NCBI GenBank assembly: GCA_003156795.1
Contig: PMHU01000182.1
Coordinates: 366 to 34,541, forward strand
Origin: Acidimicrobiaceae bacterium
GTDB taxonomy: Bacteria > Actinomycetota > Acidimicrobiia > Acidimicrobiales > Palsa-688
DNA: 34,176 bases
Reading direction: 5' to 3'
Shown: positions 17,424 through 25,211 of the stretch, piece by piece
Layout of the letters: each line of letters opens with the position of its first letter
Position numbering within the stretch: position 1 is the first letter of the stretch
Translations under genes and position numbers: made by a program
Notes under the pieces: generated by a model
Seen by the model: the letters and a program-made list of their open reading frames with translations, nothing else
The model's database searches: none
What the model was told of the DNA's origin: nothing

Positions 17424-19007
17424 ATGACAGAACCGCGGTACAGCCGTAGGCAGGTATTGGCTGGGGGTCTTTCCTCCATGGTGGCACTGGGTGTTTCCAG
17501 GTCCAGCGTGCTAAGCGGGAACCGGAGTGCCATGCTCAGGGCCGCGGCAGCGGTGCGGCCGAAGGGCTCGGATTTGGGGGCGGTCGAGCACGTGGTGTTC
17601 CTCATGCACGAGAACCGTTCCTTTGACCACTACTACGGCGTGCTGGGAGGCGTGAACGGCTTCGACGCCAATTCGACGGCCTTCGCCCAGTCCTGGCCGG
17701 GGGGGCAAGACGCGACCCTATTGCCATTCCATCTCGACACCGCCACGACCATGGCGGAATGCACATACGACCTGTCGCATTCGTGGCAGGCCGAGCATGC
17801 CTCCTGGAATGGCGGCGCCATGGACAGCTTTGTCTCCACCCATACATCGAGTGACTACGAGGGCCAAGATCTCGGCACCATGACCATGGGCTACTACGAC
17901 AGTTCGGACCTGCCCTTCTACTACGACTTGGTGCAAAACTTCACGATCTGCGACAACTACTTCTGTTCGGTGCTCGGGCCGACGCATCCCAACCGACTAA
18001 TGCAGATGACAGGCACCTTGGATCCGGCTGGCGTTGCTGGTGGACCGATCCTCGTTACCAACTCCAACAACGATCTGGAGTTCACGTGCTCGTGGACCAC
18101 GATGCCCGAGGTGCTCGCCGATGCCGGCGTGACGTGGAAGGTGTACAACCCCTACGGCCCGAACTACAGGCCAGGGCACGCCCTTTCCATGACTCTGTGC
18201 AAGAACGTGCTGATGTATTTCCAGCAGTACCAGAAGTCAGTGAACCCCACCCTTTATAAGAACGCCTTCAACTACTACGGGCCGAACGTTCCCGCCAGCG
18301 ATCCGGGCCTTACGGGGGGCATGGGCCCAGACGACTTCGCCAGTGACGTGTTGCACAACACGCTTCCCGCCGTGTCGTGGATCATCCCGCCCGACGGGTA
18401 CGACGAGCATCCCCCGGCGCCGGCTTCGCTCGGCGAGTGGTACACGTCGAAGGTGTTGACGACCCTGATGTCCAACAAGGAGGTGTGGGAGAGCACGGTG
18501 GTGTTCATCATGTACGACGAGAACGATGGATGGTTCGACCACGTCTCACCGCCGTTCCCGTCTGATCCCAGCACCGCAGGCGAATATGTCACCGCATCCT
18601 CGGACTCAGCCAGCTACCCCGGCCCCATTGGGCTCGGGGTACGGGTACCCATGCTGGTCGTGTCTCCATTCAGTGCGGGAGGATGGGTGTGCTCGGACAC
18701 CTTCGACCACACATCGCAGCTGCAATTCGTGGCGGAACGATTCGGAGTCACCATCCCGAACGTCTCGTCGTGGCGGCTAGGTACCGTCGGCGACCTCACT
18801 CCCGCCCTGCCGACGCTCGGAACGCCGATCAACAAGCGCCCCACCTTGGCGGCGACACACCACAGCGTCGACAAGCCCCCCATCGAGGGGGAGTGCAACG
18901 CCAGCCAGCTAATCGAGCTGAACCCCACGACGCCGGCCTACCCGATTCCGATGCCTCAGACTCAGCCCACCCAAGGGCCTGACACCCTCATGCCCACTCC
19001 GAGCTGA
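17424..19007 (+). CDS. Tat-secreted phosphoesterase-family phospholipase C (non-haemolytic PLC type, catalytic domain only)
   Basis: The ATG at 17424 gives MTEPRYSRRQVLAGGLSSMVALGV (a twin-arginine signal). PLC landmarks: VEHVVFLMHENRSFDHYYG, LPFHLD, DLSHSWQAEHASWNGGAMD, TMPEVL, YDEHPP, ENDGWFDHV, GVRVPMLVVSPF. The upstream 52 codons of the ORF are probably not translated. Confidence 0.9.
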   Translation: MTEPRYSRRQVLAGGLSSMVALGVSRSSVLSGNRSAMLRAAAAVRPKGSDLGAVEHVVFLMHENRSFDHYYGVLGGVNGFDANSTAFAQSWPGGQDATLLPFHLDTATTMAECTYDLSHSWQAEHASWNGGAMDSFVSTHTSSDYEGQDLGTMTMGYYDSSDLPFYYDLVQNFTICDNYFCSVLGPTHPNRLMQMTGTLDPAGVAGGPILVTNSNNDLEFTCSWTTMPEVLADAGVTWKVYNPYGPNYRPGHALSMTLCKNVLMYFQQYQKSVNPTLYKNAFNYYGPNVPASDPGLTGGMGPDDFASDVLHNTLPAVSWIIPPDGYDEHPPAPASLGEWYTSKVLTTLMSNKEVWESTVVFIMYDENDGWFDHVSPPFPSDPSTAGEYVTASSDSASYPGPIGLGVRVPMLVVSPFSAGGWVCSDTFDHTSQLQFVAERFGVTIPNVSSWRLGTVGDLTPALPTLGTPINKRPTLAATHHSVDKPPIEGECNASQLIELNPTTPAYPIPMPQTQPTQGPDTLMPTPS

Positions 19008-19166
19008 CGCGGCCATAGGTCTACACGTCGGCGCGTCACCGCCGCCGACCCTGAGAGCCGCTGATTTCGGTCGCGACAGCTCCTGAGACCCAGAACGAGT
19101 CCTCAGCCTGCTTTGTCGCGGAGATCCTCGACGCGCCGTGCAAGCTGGTGGGGGAGTGAGGTATGG

Positions 19167-19670
19167 CTAGATGGTGGCGCTGCCGATGTCGCCCATGGAG
19201 GCGAGCAAGCTCGCTTCGGCGACGGCCTTAATCTGTACGAGGGTGCGGTTGAGACCCTGACGTAGCACCCGACCTCGGGGCAGGAACAACTCGCCGATCC
19301 GGCTGGGTACCGGGCACCATACGAACTCGAAGGACTCACTTAGATTCGTCCCTAGACCCGATGGGCTGAGGCGGTACCGCCACCGGGTGGACTCCCGGTC
19401 GTTCTTGTCGGACAGCACGGTAAAGGCGAACTCTCGACCTGGGTCAGCAGTCACGATCTCGCAGGTTGTGGACCACTTGATCGGCCCCATCCGGTTGTGG
19501 CCACGAAAGCGAGCCCCGACCATGGGTTCGTGGACCTCACCAATCCACTCGCAGCGGTGGCACTCGGGACTCCACTCGCCCATACGAGTGATGTCGGCCA
19601 CCATTTCATATACCTGGGCCGGGGCCACGGCGATGTTCACCGTGGCCGAACCATACTTGGGGGTCGGCAT
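19167..19670 (-). CDS. SRPBCC (polyketide cyclase/START-like) family protein
   Basis: The ATG at 19670 is preceded by GAGGAGGG. Sequence MPTPKYGSATVNIAVAPAQVYEMVADITRMGEWSPEC...WRYRL is typical of SRPBCC ligand-binding proteins. Confidence 0.85.
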   Translation of the reverse strand: MPTPKYGSATVNIAVAPAQVYEMVADITRMGEWSPECHRCEWIGEVHEPMVGARFRGHNRMGPIKWSTTCEIVTADPGREFAFTVLSDKNDRESTRWRYRLSPSGLGTNLSESFEFVWCPVPSRIGELFLPRGRVLRQGLNRTLVQIKAVAEASLLASMGDIGSATI

Positions 19671-19813
19671 CGAGTCCCTCCTCTCATCCGGAGACAATGC
19701 GACTGTAGGACGTGAGCATCTGACGGTGGCGTAAGTACGTGACCGGGTCCGTTCTCGTCAACGGGGCCCACGGCCTATGCCTCGACGCGTGTTGGATGGC
19801 CCCCACGGGGTCT

Positions 19814-21139
19814 TCAGCCGGCGGGTTGCACGGGGGCCAAGGAGTTGCCGGGTGCGATCTGCGAGCAATCATTCGGTGCTTGGTCTCCGGCGAAGAGGCT
19901 GTCGAGCCAGGTGAGGGCGGCTGGTGTCCACGCCGGGAAGGTGGTGACGTGGCTGAGGGTGTCGTACTCGGTGTAATCAACTGCCGTGCCGGTGGCACAG
20001 AAGTCGCGGGCCAGCGTGCGCACGTCGCCGGTGACCATGACGCCGTCGCCGGCGCCGATGCCGGGCTGGTCGCCGACGGTGCCTTCGAGGATGCCGTTGG
20101 CCCCCTGTCCGATAAACATGGGAATGGTGGGCGGCCCGAGGCTGGCGGTATTCAGCTCGTTTTCAACTTTGACAAGGACGGGGATGCTGGCCGGATTAGC
20201 GAATTGTGGCTTGACTAGCTGGGCATAGGTCAGCCCCGGGTACTGGCCGAGCACGTCGGTGATCGAAGCCGTCTGAAGCTTCTTGTAGAGCTGACGTCCG
20301 TAGCTGCTCAGGTAGGGCTTGATGGGGATGTCGAAACCTCGGGCGATGCCGATGACGGACATGGGGATGACACCCGCCCAGACCAGGCTGCCGTTCACGT
20401 AGGTCAGGTTGTGGGCGGGGTCGACCAGCACGCCACCCTCCGCGGCGCCGACGAGCTGACGGTTGACTTTGGGGGCGTAGGTGGGTGCCATCTGGGCGGC
20501 CCAGTCAGTGGCGATGGCACCACCTGAGTAGCCGAACAGACCGATGGGGGTGGTGGTGTTGAGTCCGGTGACCGGTGAGCTGGTGGCGGCTCGTATGGAG
20601 TTGAGGGTGTTCACCCCGTACTCGGGTCCGGCCGCGAAGTCGGCGGTTTGGCCTTCGGTGTCGGGAACGATGACGGTGTAGCCCTGCAGCAGCAGCGGGA
20701 CGATGACCGACGACTCGGCGTCCGCTATGCCCCCACCCAAGCTGACGCCGCCCGCTATCTGAACGGACGGCTCGTCGGCCGGGTTGAGCGAGTCGTAGAA
20801 GGACTGGTACGACACGGCGCGGGGCGAGGCGAGGCTGACGGGTGGCTCGAGCACCGAGGTGACGTTCGTGGTCGGCTGGCCCAGTGCGCCGGCGGACCGG
20901 TACAGGAGCTGGACGACTTGGATCGGTAGGGGGATGCCGGCGACGTTGTAGTACAGGGTCTGGGTCTTCAACACGGTGCCTGGCTTCATCTGAGCCAACG
21001 GCGTGGTGCCCGTGTAGGCGTAGAAGGAACCGGAACCGCTATCGGTCGCCGCTCGAGCGGTTGGGGATGGCAGGGCGAGAAGGCCGACCACCGCCAAGGC
21101 CATACCCGTCGTCACGGTCACTTTGGATCGGATCCGCAT
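19814..21139 (-). CDS. Secretory lipase (LIP family), alpha/beta hydrolase with signal peptide
   Basis: Signal peptide: MRIRSKVTVTTGMALAVVGLLALPSPTARA. Nucleophile elbow: GLFGYSGGAIAT. LIP-type order is present: LLYRS, SYQSFYDSL, GYTVIVPDTEG, PMFIGQGANG. Confidence 0.9.
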   Translation of the reverse strand: MRIRSKVTVTTGMALAVVGLLALPSPTARAATDSGSGSFYAYTGTTPLAQMKPGTVLKTQTLYYNVAGIPLPIQVVQLLYRSAGALGQPTTNVTSVLEPPVSLASPRAVSYQSFYDSLNPADEPSVQIAGGVSLGGGIADAESSVIVPLLLQGYTVIVPDTEGQTADFAAGPEYGVNTLNSIRAATSSPVTGLNTTTPIGLFGYSGGAIATDWAAQMAPTYAPKVNRQLVGAAEGGVLVDPAHNLTYVNGSLVWAGVIPMSVIGIARGFDIPIKPYLSSYGRQLYKKLQTASITDVLGQYPGLTYAQLVKPQFANPASIPVLVKVENELNTASLGPPTIPMFIGQGANGILEGTVGDQPGIGAGDGVMVTGDVRTLARDFCATGTAVDYTEYDTLSHVTTFPAWTPAALTWLDSLFAGDQAPNDCSQIAPGNSLAPVQPAG

Positions 21140-21323
21140 AGATATCGCCTTCCCCAGTCTCCCCGGACTCGCGGGAGTATGTTACTCGAGAGTAGATACG
21201 GAGACCAAGCTTCCTGGCACCGATTGACCGCGAGGGCCGGGGCTGTGGTTTGACGAGTACCCCCGGAGCAGGCCGGCCCGATCGTCAAGCTCGTGTACCG
21301 ATTCCAGCAGGCTCCACTGGCGT

Positions 21324-21953
21324 TTAGCCGTACGTGGGATGCTGCGGCCAACCTGGTGGCGAGTCCTCCCAGTCCTGCTGCCTTCCGTAGGGCATGAGGT
21401 CGAGGATGTTGTTGACGAAAAGTAGACGGTCTACACCGCGAGCGGTGGTGCAATAGGTTCGGTAGACATCGTCGACGACCCGTAAGAAGACGCTGAGCAT
21501 GAAACCGCCGTCGGCCCCGCAGTCGTTGGCGAAGGTCGTGTTCCGCGATGATACGAACGGCATCGTCCAGCCCATGCGAGCCTTATAAGCCTCGATCTGC
21601 GTGAGCGGCATATTCGATACCGTCGACCAGCTGACGTCGACGTCGGCCAACATGGCCAGGCCCACCACGTTGTTGGTGAAGTGAGTGCAGCCCGGGCAGT
21701 GGTCGTCGGGACCGTTGTCCATGAATTGGTAGACGACGAGCTGGTCTCGACCGGCGAACAAGTCGAGCAAGGTTGTTGGGCCGGTTGAGGACTCGAACAC
21801 GTACCGGCTGTCGTCGAACTTGACCATCGGGAGGCGGCGCCTTCGCGCTGCGAGCCCGTCGAGGGTGCGCGTGGCCTCTTTTTCAGCCCGCAGCAACTCG
21901 TCTCGTTCCCGCTGCCATTCCTCGGCCGAAACGATCTTCGGTATGCCGGACAT
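21324..21953 (-). CDS. DUF899 domain protein (thioredoxin-like)
   Basis: The ATG at 21953 is preceded by AAGGAG. Landmarks: IVSAEEWQRERDELLRAEKEATR, RRRLPMV, LVVYQFM, CPGCTHF, YKARMGW, RGVD. Confidence 0.9.
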   Translation of the reverse strand: MSGIPKIVSAEEWQRERDELLRAEKEATRTLDGLAARRRRLPMVKFDDSRYVFESSTGPTTLLDLFAGRDQLVVYQFMDNGPDDHCPGCTHFTNNVVGLAMLADVDVSWSTVSNMPLTQIEAYKARMGWTMPFVSSRNTTFANDCGADGGFMLSVFLRVVDDVYRTYCTTARGVDRLLFVNNILDLMPYGRQQDWEDSPPGWPQHPTYG

Positions 21954-22185
21954 CTTTGCTCCTTGGTAGAAGTCCATCTTCGCTCAGTCACTCGACTGCT
22001 TCGACGCGACAAGGTGCTTACCACCTAAGACGTCTCGGCCCGATGGAACTCATCGCAGCGGTGCGACTGGCCGGATGCCACCAACCTCGGTACGGCCGGT
22101 CGGGCGCACCAGGTCGTCGGGCCCGGTCCGAGATCGCCGCGGAGTACACATATAACCCTACTGATCGGAGCTATTCGGAGGCCGT

Positions 22186-22932
22186 CTAGGGAAGGTATTT
22201 GCTCCATTGATATGGGGTCAGCGTGTGGAAGGGCGCGGCGAGAAGTGGGATGGTGCTTCCGGTCGACCAGCGTTCTTTCAGCTCGGCCCGTAGGCGGTGA
22301 GCCGTTTCAACCGGATCGTCATCCAAGTACAGAAGAGTGAGTTGGAGGTCTTCGGGGGCCGTGCTGCCGAACTCGAGGGTTGGAAACCCGCGGTACCACC
22401 ACGATCCCGCCACCCCGGCGACGTTGACGAGTTCAGCCGCTGATGTGGTTCCCTGTTCGACTATCACGTAGACGCCACGAGCCGGACGCCACGGAATCAC
22501 GTCGGCGCCGACTACGGCGCTCGGCCGGGCGGCGGTACCCGAGAGTTGATAAGTGCCGTATTCCACCTTTGGTAATCGCAGGGGCATTCGCCCTCCGGCG
22601 GCGAGCGCGGCGCCGAGCGCGGCGAAGTTGGAGAGGCAAGAGCGATCGGTGAAGAGGTAGATCATGATGTGGTCTACCGGGTCGAATCGGGGGGTGCTGG
22701 CGGATCGCGCTGCTCGACATGATGGTGTGGACACGACTCGGAGCGATCCCCGTAACCCCGGTAACCGATACTGCTCAGGTCGGTGGTCGAGGGAGTGCCA
22801 TTCGATGTACTCGGCGTCCCTTCCGCCGGGTTGGCGTGCCGACATCGAGACGAAGGCGACTAGGGCGTCCGTCCTCCCGTTGGCGAGGACATGGGGGAGA
22901 TCGTCAGACGGTGTTCCAGGCAGGTCCATCAT
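22186..22932 (-). CDS. Conserved-looking hypothetical protein
   Basis: 248 aa counted from the MMDLPG start. No motif recognised, though the composition is coding-like. The start is uncertain; the ORF extends to 22971. Confidence 0.55.
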   Translation of the reverse strand: MMDLPGTPSDDLPHVLANGRTDALVAFVSMSARQPGGRDAEYIEWHSLDHRPEQYRLPGLRGSLRVVSTPSCRAARSASTPRFDPVDHIMIYLFTDRSCLSNFAALGAALAAGGRMPLRLPKVEYGTYQLSGTAARPSAVVGADVIPWRPARGVYVIVEQGTTSAAELVNVAGVAGSWWYRGFPTLEFGSTAPEDLQLTLLYLDDDPVETAHRLRAELKERWSTGSTIPLLAAPFHTLTPYQWSKYLP

Positions 22933-22983
22933 CGATGCGGGTCTTACTGATGTCGGTTTGGCCCAGAGCAAACTTACGGGCGA

Positions 22984-23445
22984 CTAGGAGCAGCCTGCCG
23001 GCGGGCTGCCCTCCAAGGCCTCCAAGGCGCAGAAGGTGGCTTTGGCCACGAGCCACTTGCCACCCTGCTTGGTGGCGTAACCGGTCGCATTCGGCAGCGC
23101 TGGCGTGCCGTTCACTGCGATGGTGTAGGTCACCTCCGCGCACGGCGCCGGCACACCGGCGGACTTACAGGCTGCGCTGCTTTGCACCACGACCTTACTA
23201 ACGGTGGCCGAGGTCCCCTTGCCCAACGAACCGCTCCTGCTCTTGACGTAGGCGGCTTGCAGTTGCGGGGTCATGCCTTGCACCTCAGCGGCAGAGCCGG
23301 TCGACCCGAAGAAGGATTCGTACACGCTGGTGATGGCGGCGGTAGGCGGTACGGAGGAAGAGCTTCCTCCTCCGCAGCCACCGAGAACCAGGGTCGCCAG
23401 CGCAAGGATCAGGACAAGACGAGATGATGTTCGTACGTGGCGCAT
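22984..23445 (-). CDS. Putative lipoprotein
   Basis: The ATG at 23445 gives MRHVRTSSRLVLILALATLVLGGC (signal peptide plus LGGC lipobox), followed by a GGGSSSS linker and a small Cys-containing domain. The upstream 100 codons of the ORF are Arg/Pro/Gly-rich and unlikely to be coding. Confidence 0.75.
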   Translation of the reverse strand: MRHVRTSSRLVLILALATLVLGGCGGGSSSSVPPTAAITSVYESFFGSTGSAAEVQGMTPQLQAAYVKSRSGSLGKGTSATVSKVVVQSSAACKSAGVPAPCAEVTYTIAVNGTPALPNATGYATKQGGKWLVAKATFCALEALEGSPPAGCS

Positions 23446-23587
23446 CCCCGATATCGACCTTTCAGGCGGCGTGGGTCGCTGATCATCTGTCAGCGGGCAG
23501 CACACTGTAGGCCCTGACCCGGCCGGTGGGCTTGATCCGGCCCATCCTGCAATCCGGCTCAACCGAACCATCCGTGTCCGAGTCGCC

Positions 23588-23941
23588 TCAAATGGGGTCC
23601 AGGTCGACGTTGACCGAGACCCGGCCCCGTCGGTCCCGGCTGGCCGTCGCCTGTCCGGGTCGATCGGAGCCCCGCAACCCGAGGCTGATCGGCCCTCCGT
23701 CGCCTTGGAAGTTGCGCCACCAGCTCTTCTCTCCAGAGAGCGCAACCCGGATGGTCACCTTGTCACCTCGGCGCCGATAGAAGACCGGGGTGCTGAAGGT
23801 GCGACCGGAGCGTCTCCCGGTGTAGGTGACCACCACCACGTACCGGTCGACCAGCCAGCGCCACCGCGGCGACGCGGCCAGTGGGACCATCACCCTGTTC
23901 ATGCCCCTGTTGACGGTCGCGAACAGATCCCCGAGTGCCAC
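23588..23941 (-). CDS. DUF385-like (deazaflavin-dependent nitroreductase family) small protein
   Basis: VVVTYTGRRSGRTFSTPVFYRRRGDKVTI and SWWRNF resemble the F420H2-dependent split-barrel family. It is short (117 aa). The start could be the GTG at 23941 or the ATG at 23902. Confidence 0.5.
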   Translation of the reverse strand: MALGDLFATVNRGMNRVMVPLAASPRWRWLVDRYVVVVTYTGRRSGRTFSTPVFYRRRGDKVTIRVALSGEKSWWRNFQGDGGPISLGLRGSDRPGQATASRDRRGRVSVNVDLDPI

Positions 23942-24048
23942 CCGCGGAGCCTACAGCCGGGCGGTTGCCGAAGTCTCGCCCAGCGGTGCGGCAAGGTCCG
24001 CTCGGGATGGCCGACCCGCAGGCCGCCAGTGGCCGGTCGCTTGTTGCT

Positions 24049-24522
24049 TCACAGTTCGCGTTCGTAGACGTACATGACCGGCCCTTGGCCTCCGCCTTCC
24101 CGGTTGGTGAAGCCGAGGCTTTCGTAAAGGCGGCGGGCTACGAAGTCGGTCTCACTCGTGCCCAGGTCCATCCGGTCCGCGTGGCCCTCACGAGCCGCCT
24201 CCATGGCCGCGTCCATGAGGGCCCGGCCCAGTCCGTGACCCCGCTCGGCTGGAGCGACGTAGAGCTCGGCCAGATAGCACTCCTGACTCGAACTCCAAAT
24301 GGCGGGACGGAACCGGAGCACGGCCAGGCCATCAGGTCCGGCCCCAGCCAGGAGGACGACCGTGTCGCCAAATCCCAGAAGCTGTTGGATGCGCTCGGCC
24401 AACTCGGCTGGAGGGGGCGTGGGTTCGTCGTACTCACGATTGAAGTCGTGGAGCAACTGTCCGACGGCGGCCGCGTCGTCAAGGTCCGCTCGCCGCACCG
24501 AGAGATTGTCCGAGGACTTCAT
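24049..24522 (-). CDS. GNAT family N-acetyltransferase
   Basis: The ATG at 24522 gives MKSSDNLSVRRADLDDAAAV.... Motif A is LAELYVAPAERGHGLGRALMDAAMEAA, and the tail RRLYESLGF is typical. Confidence 0.85.
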   Translation of the reverse strand: MKSSDNLSVRRADLDDAAAVGQLLHDFNREYDEPTPPPAELAERIQQLLGFGDTVVLLAGAGPDGLAVLRFRPAIWSSSQECYLAELYVAPAERGHGLGRALMDAAMEAAREGHADRMDLGTSETDFVARRLYESLGFTNREGGGQGPVMYVYEREL

Positions 24523-24700
24523 GGTTCGGACTGTAGCGATGGTCGGCCCTGTTGAGGCCCCGGATACCGCGAGCTGTATGGGTGTCGTCGGGGCTAGTCG
24601 CCGACGTGGCCGTCGATAGCCGGGGCGGATCAGATCGAACTCCGACTCGCCGGGGTCAGGGTCGATTCGCACGGGTCCATCCTTGCCTCGCCTCCTACGG

Positions 24701-25144
24701 CTATTGGAGGCCGGTCTCCAGGCTGAAGCCTTCGTCCTTCCAGCCCTCGATCCCGCCGATCATCTTCTTTACCGGGCGACCGAGTTGGGCCAAGCGGACC
24801 GCAGCCTTATCTGCTCCGTTGCAGTGCGGTCCGGCGCAATAGACGACGAAGAGGACGTCTGGGCCGCACGGTTCGAGCTTTCGCTGGTTGATCCGGCGGT
24901 GGGGGAGGTTGATCGCCCCCGGCAGGTGGCCCGCAGCAAACAGCTCCGGGCTGCGGACGTCGAGCAGCACGAATCCTGGATCTGGCAGGTCCAGTGCTTG
25001 GTGCACGTCCCAACAGTCGGTCTCGTAGGCCAGGAGCGCCTCGAAATGGCGCAAGGCGTGGTTGGAGGCCGCGGCGGGGACGGCAGTCACGGCGTTGGCG
25101 GTCGATAGCTCCGGCACGAAACACAGCATCGCGCGCCGGGCCAT
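24701..25144 (-). CDS. Rhodanese-like domain protein (putative sulfurtransferase)
   Basis: FVLLDVRSPELFAAGHLPGAINLP, an active-site loop VVYCAGPHCNGA, and IGGIEGWKDEG. The start could be the ATG at 25144 or the next Met. Confidence 0.85.
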   Translation of the reverse strand: MARRAMLCFVPELSTANAVTAVPAAASNHALRHFEALLAYETDCWDVHQALDLPDPGFVLLDVRSPELFAAGHLPGAINLPHRRINQRKLEPCGPDVLFVVYCAGPHCNGADKAAVRLAQLGRPVKKMIGGIEGWKDEGFSLETGLQ

Positions 25145-25211
25145 GCTCGACTCTCTACATTTTGCGGCGGTCGGGCTGGAGGTGTCGGAGCGGACGGCGA
25201 GGATCTCGTGA

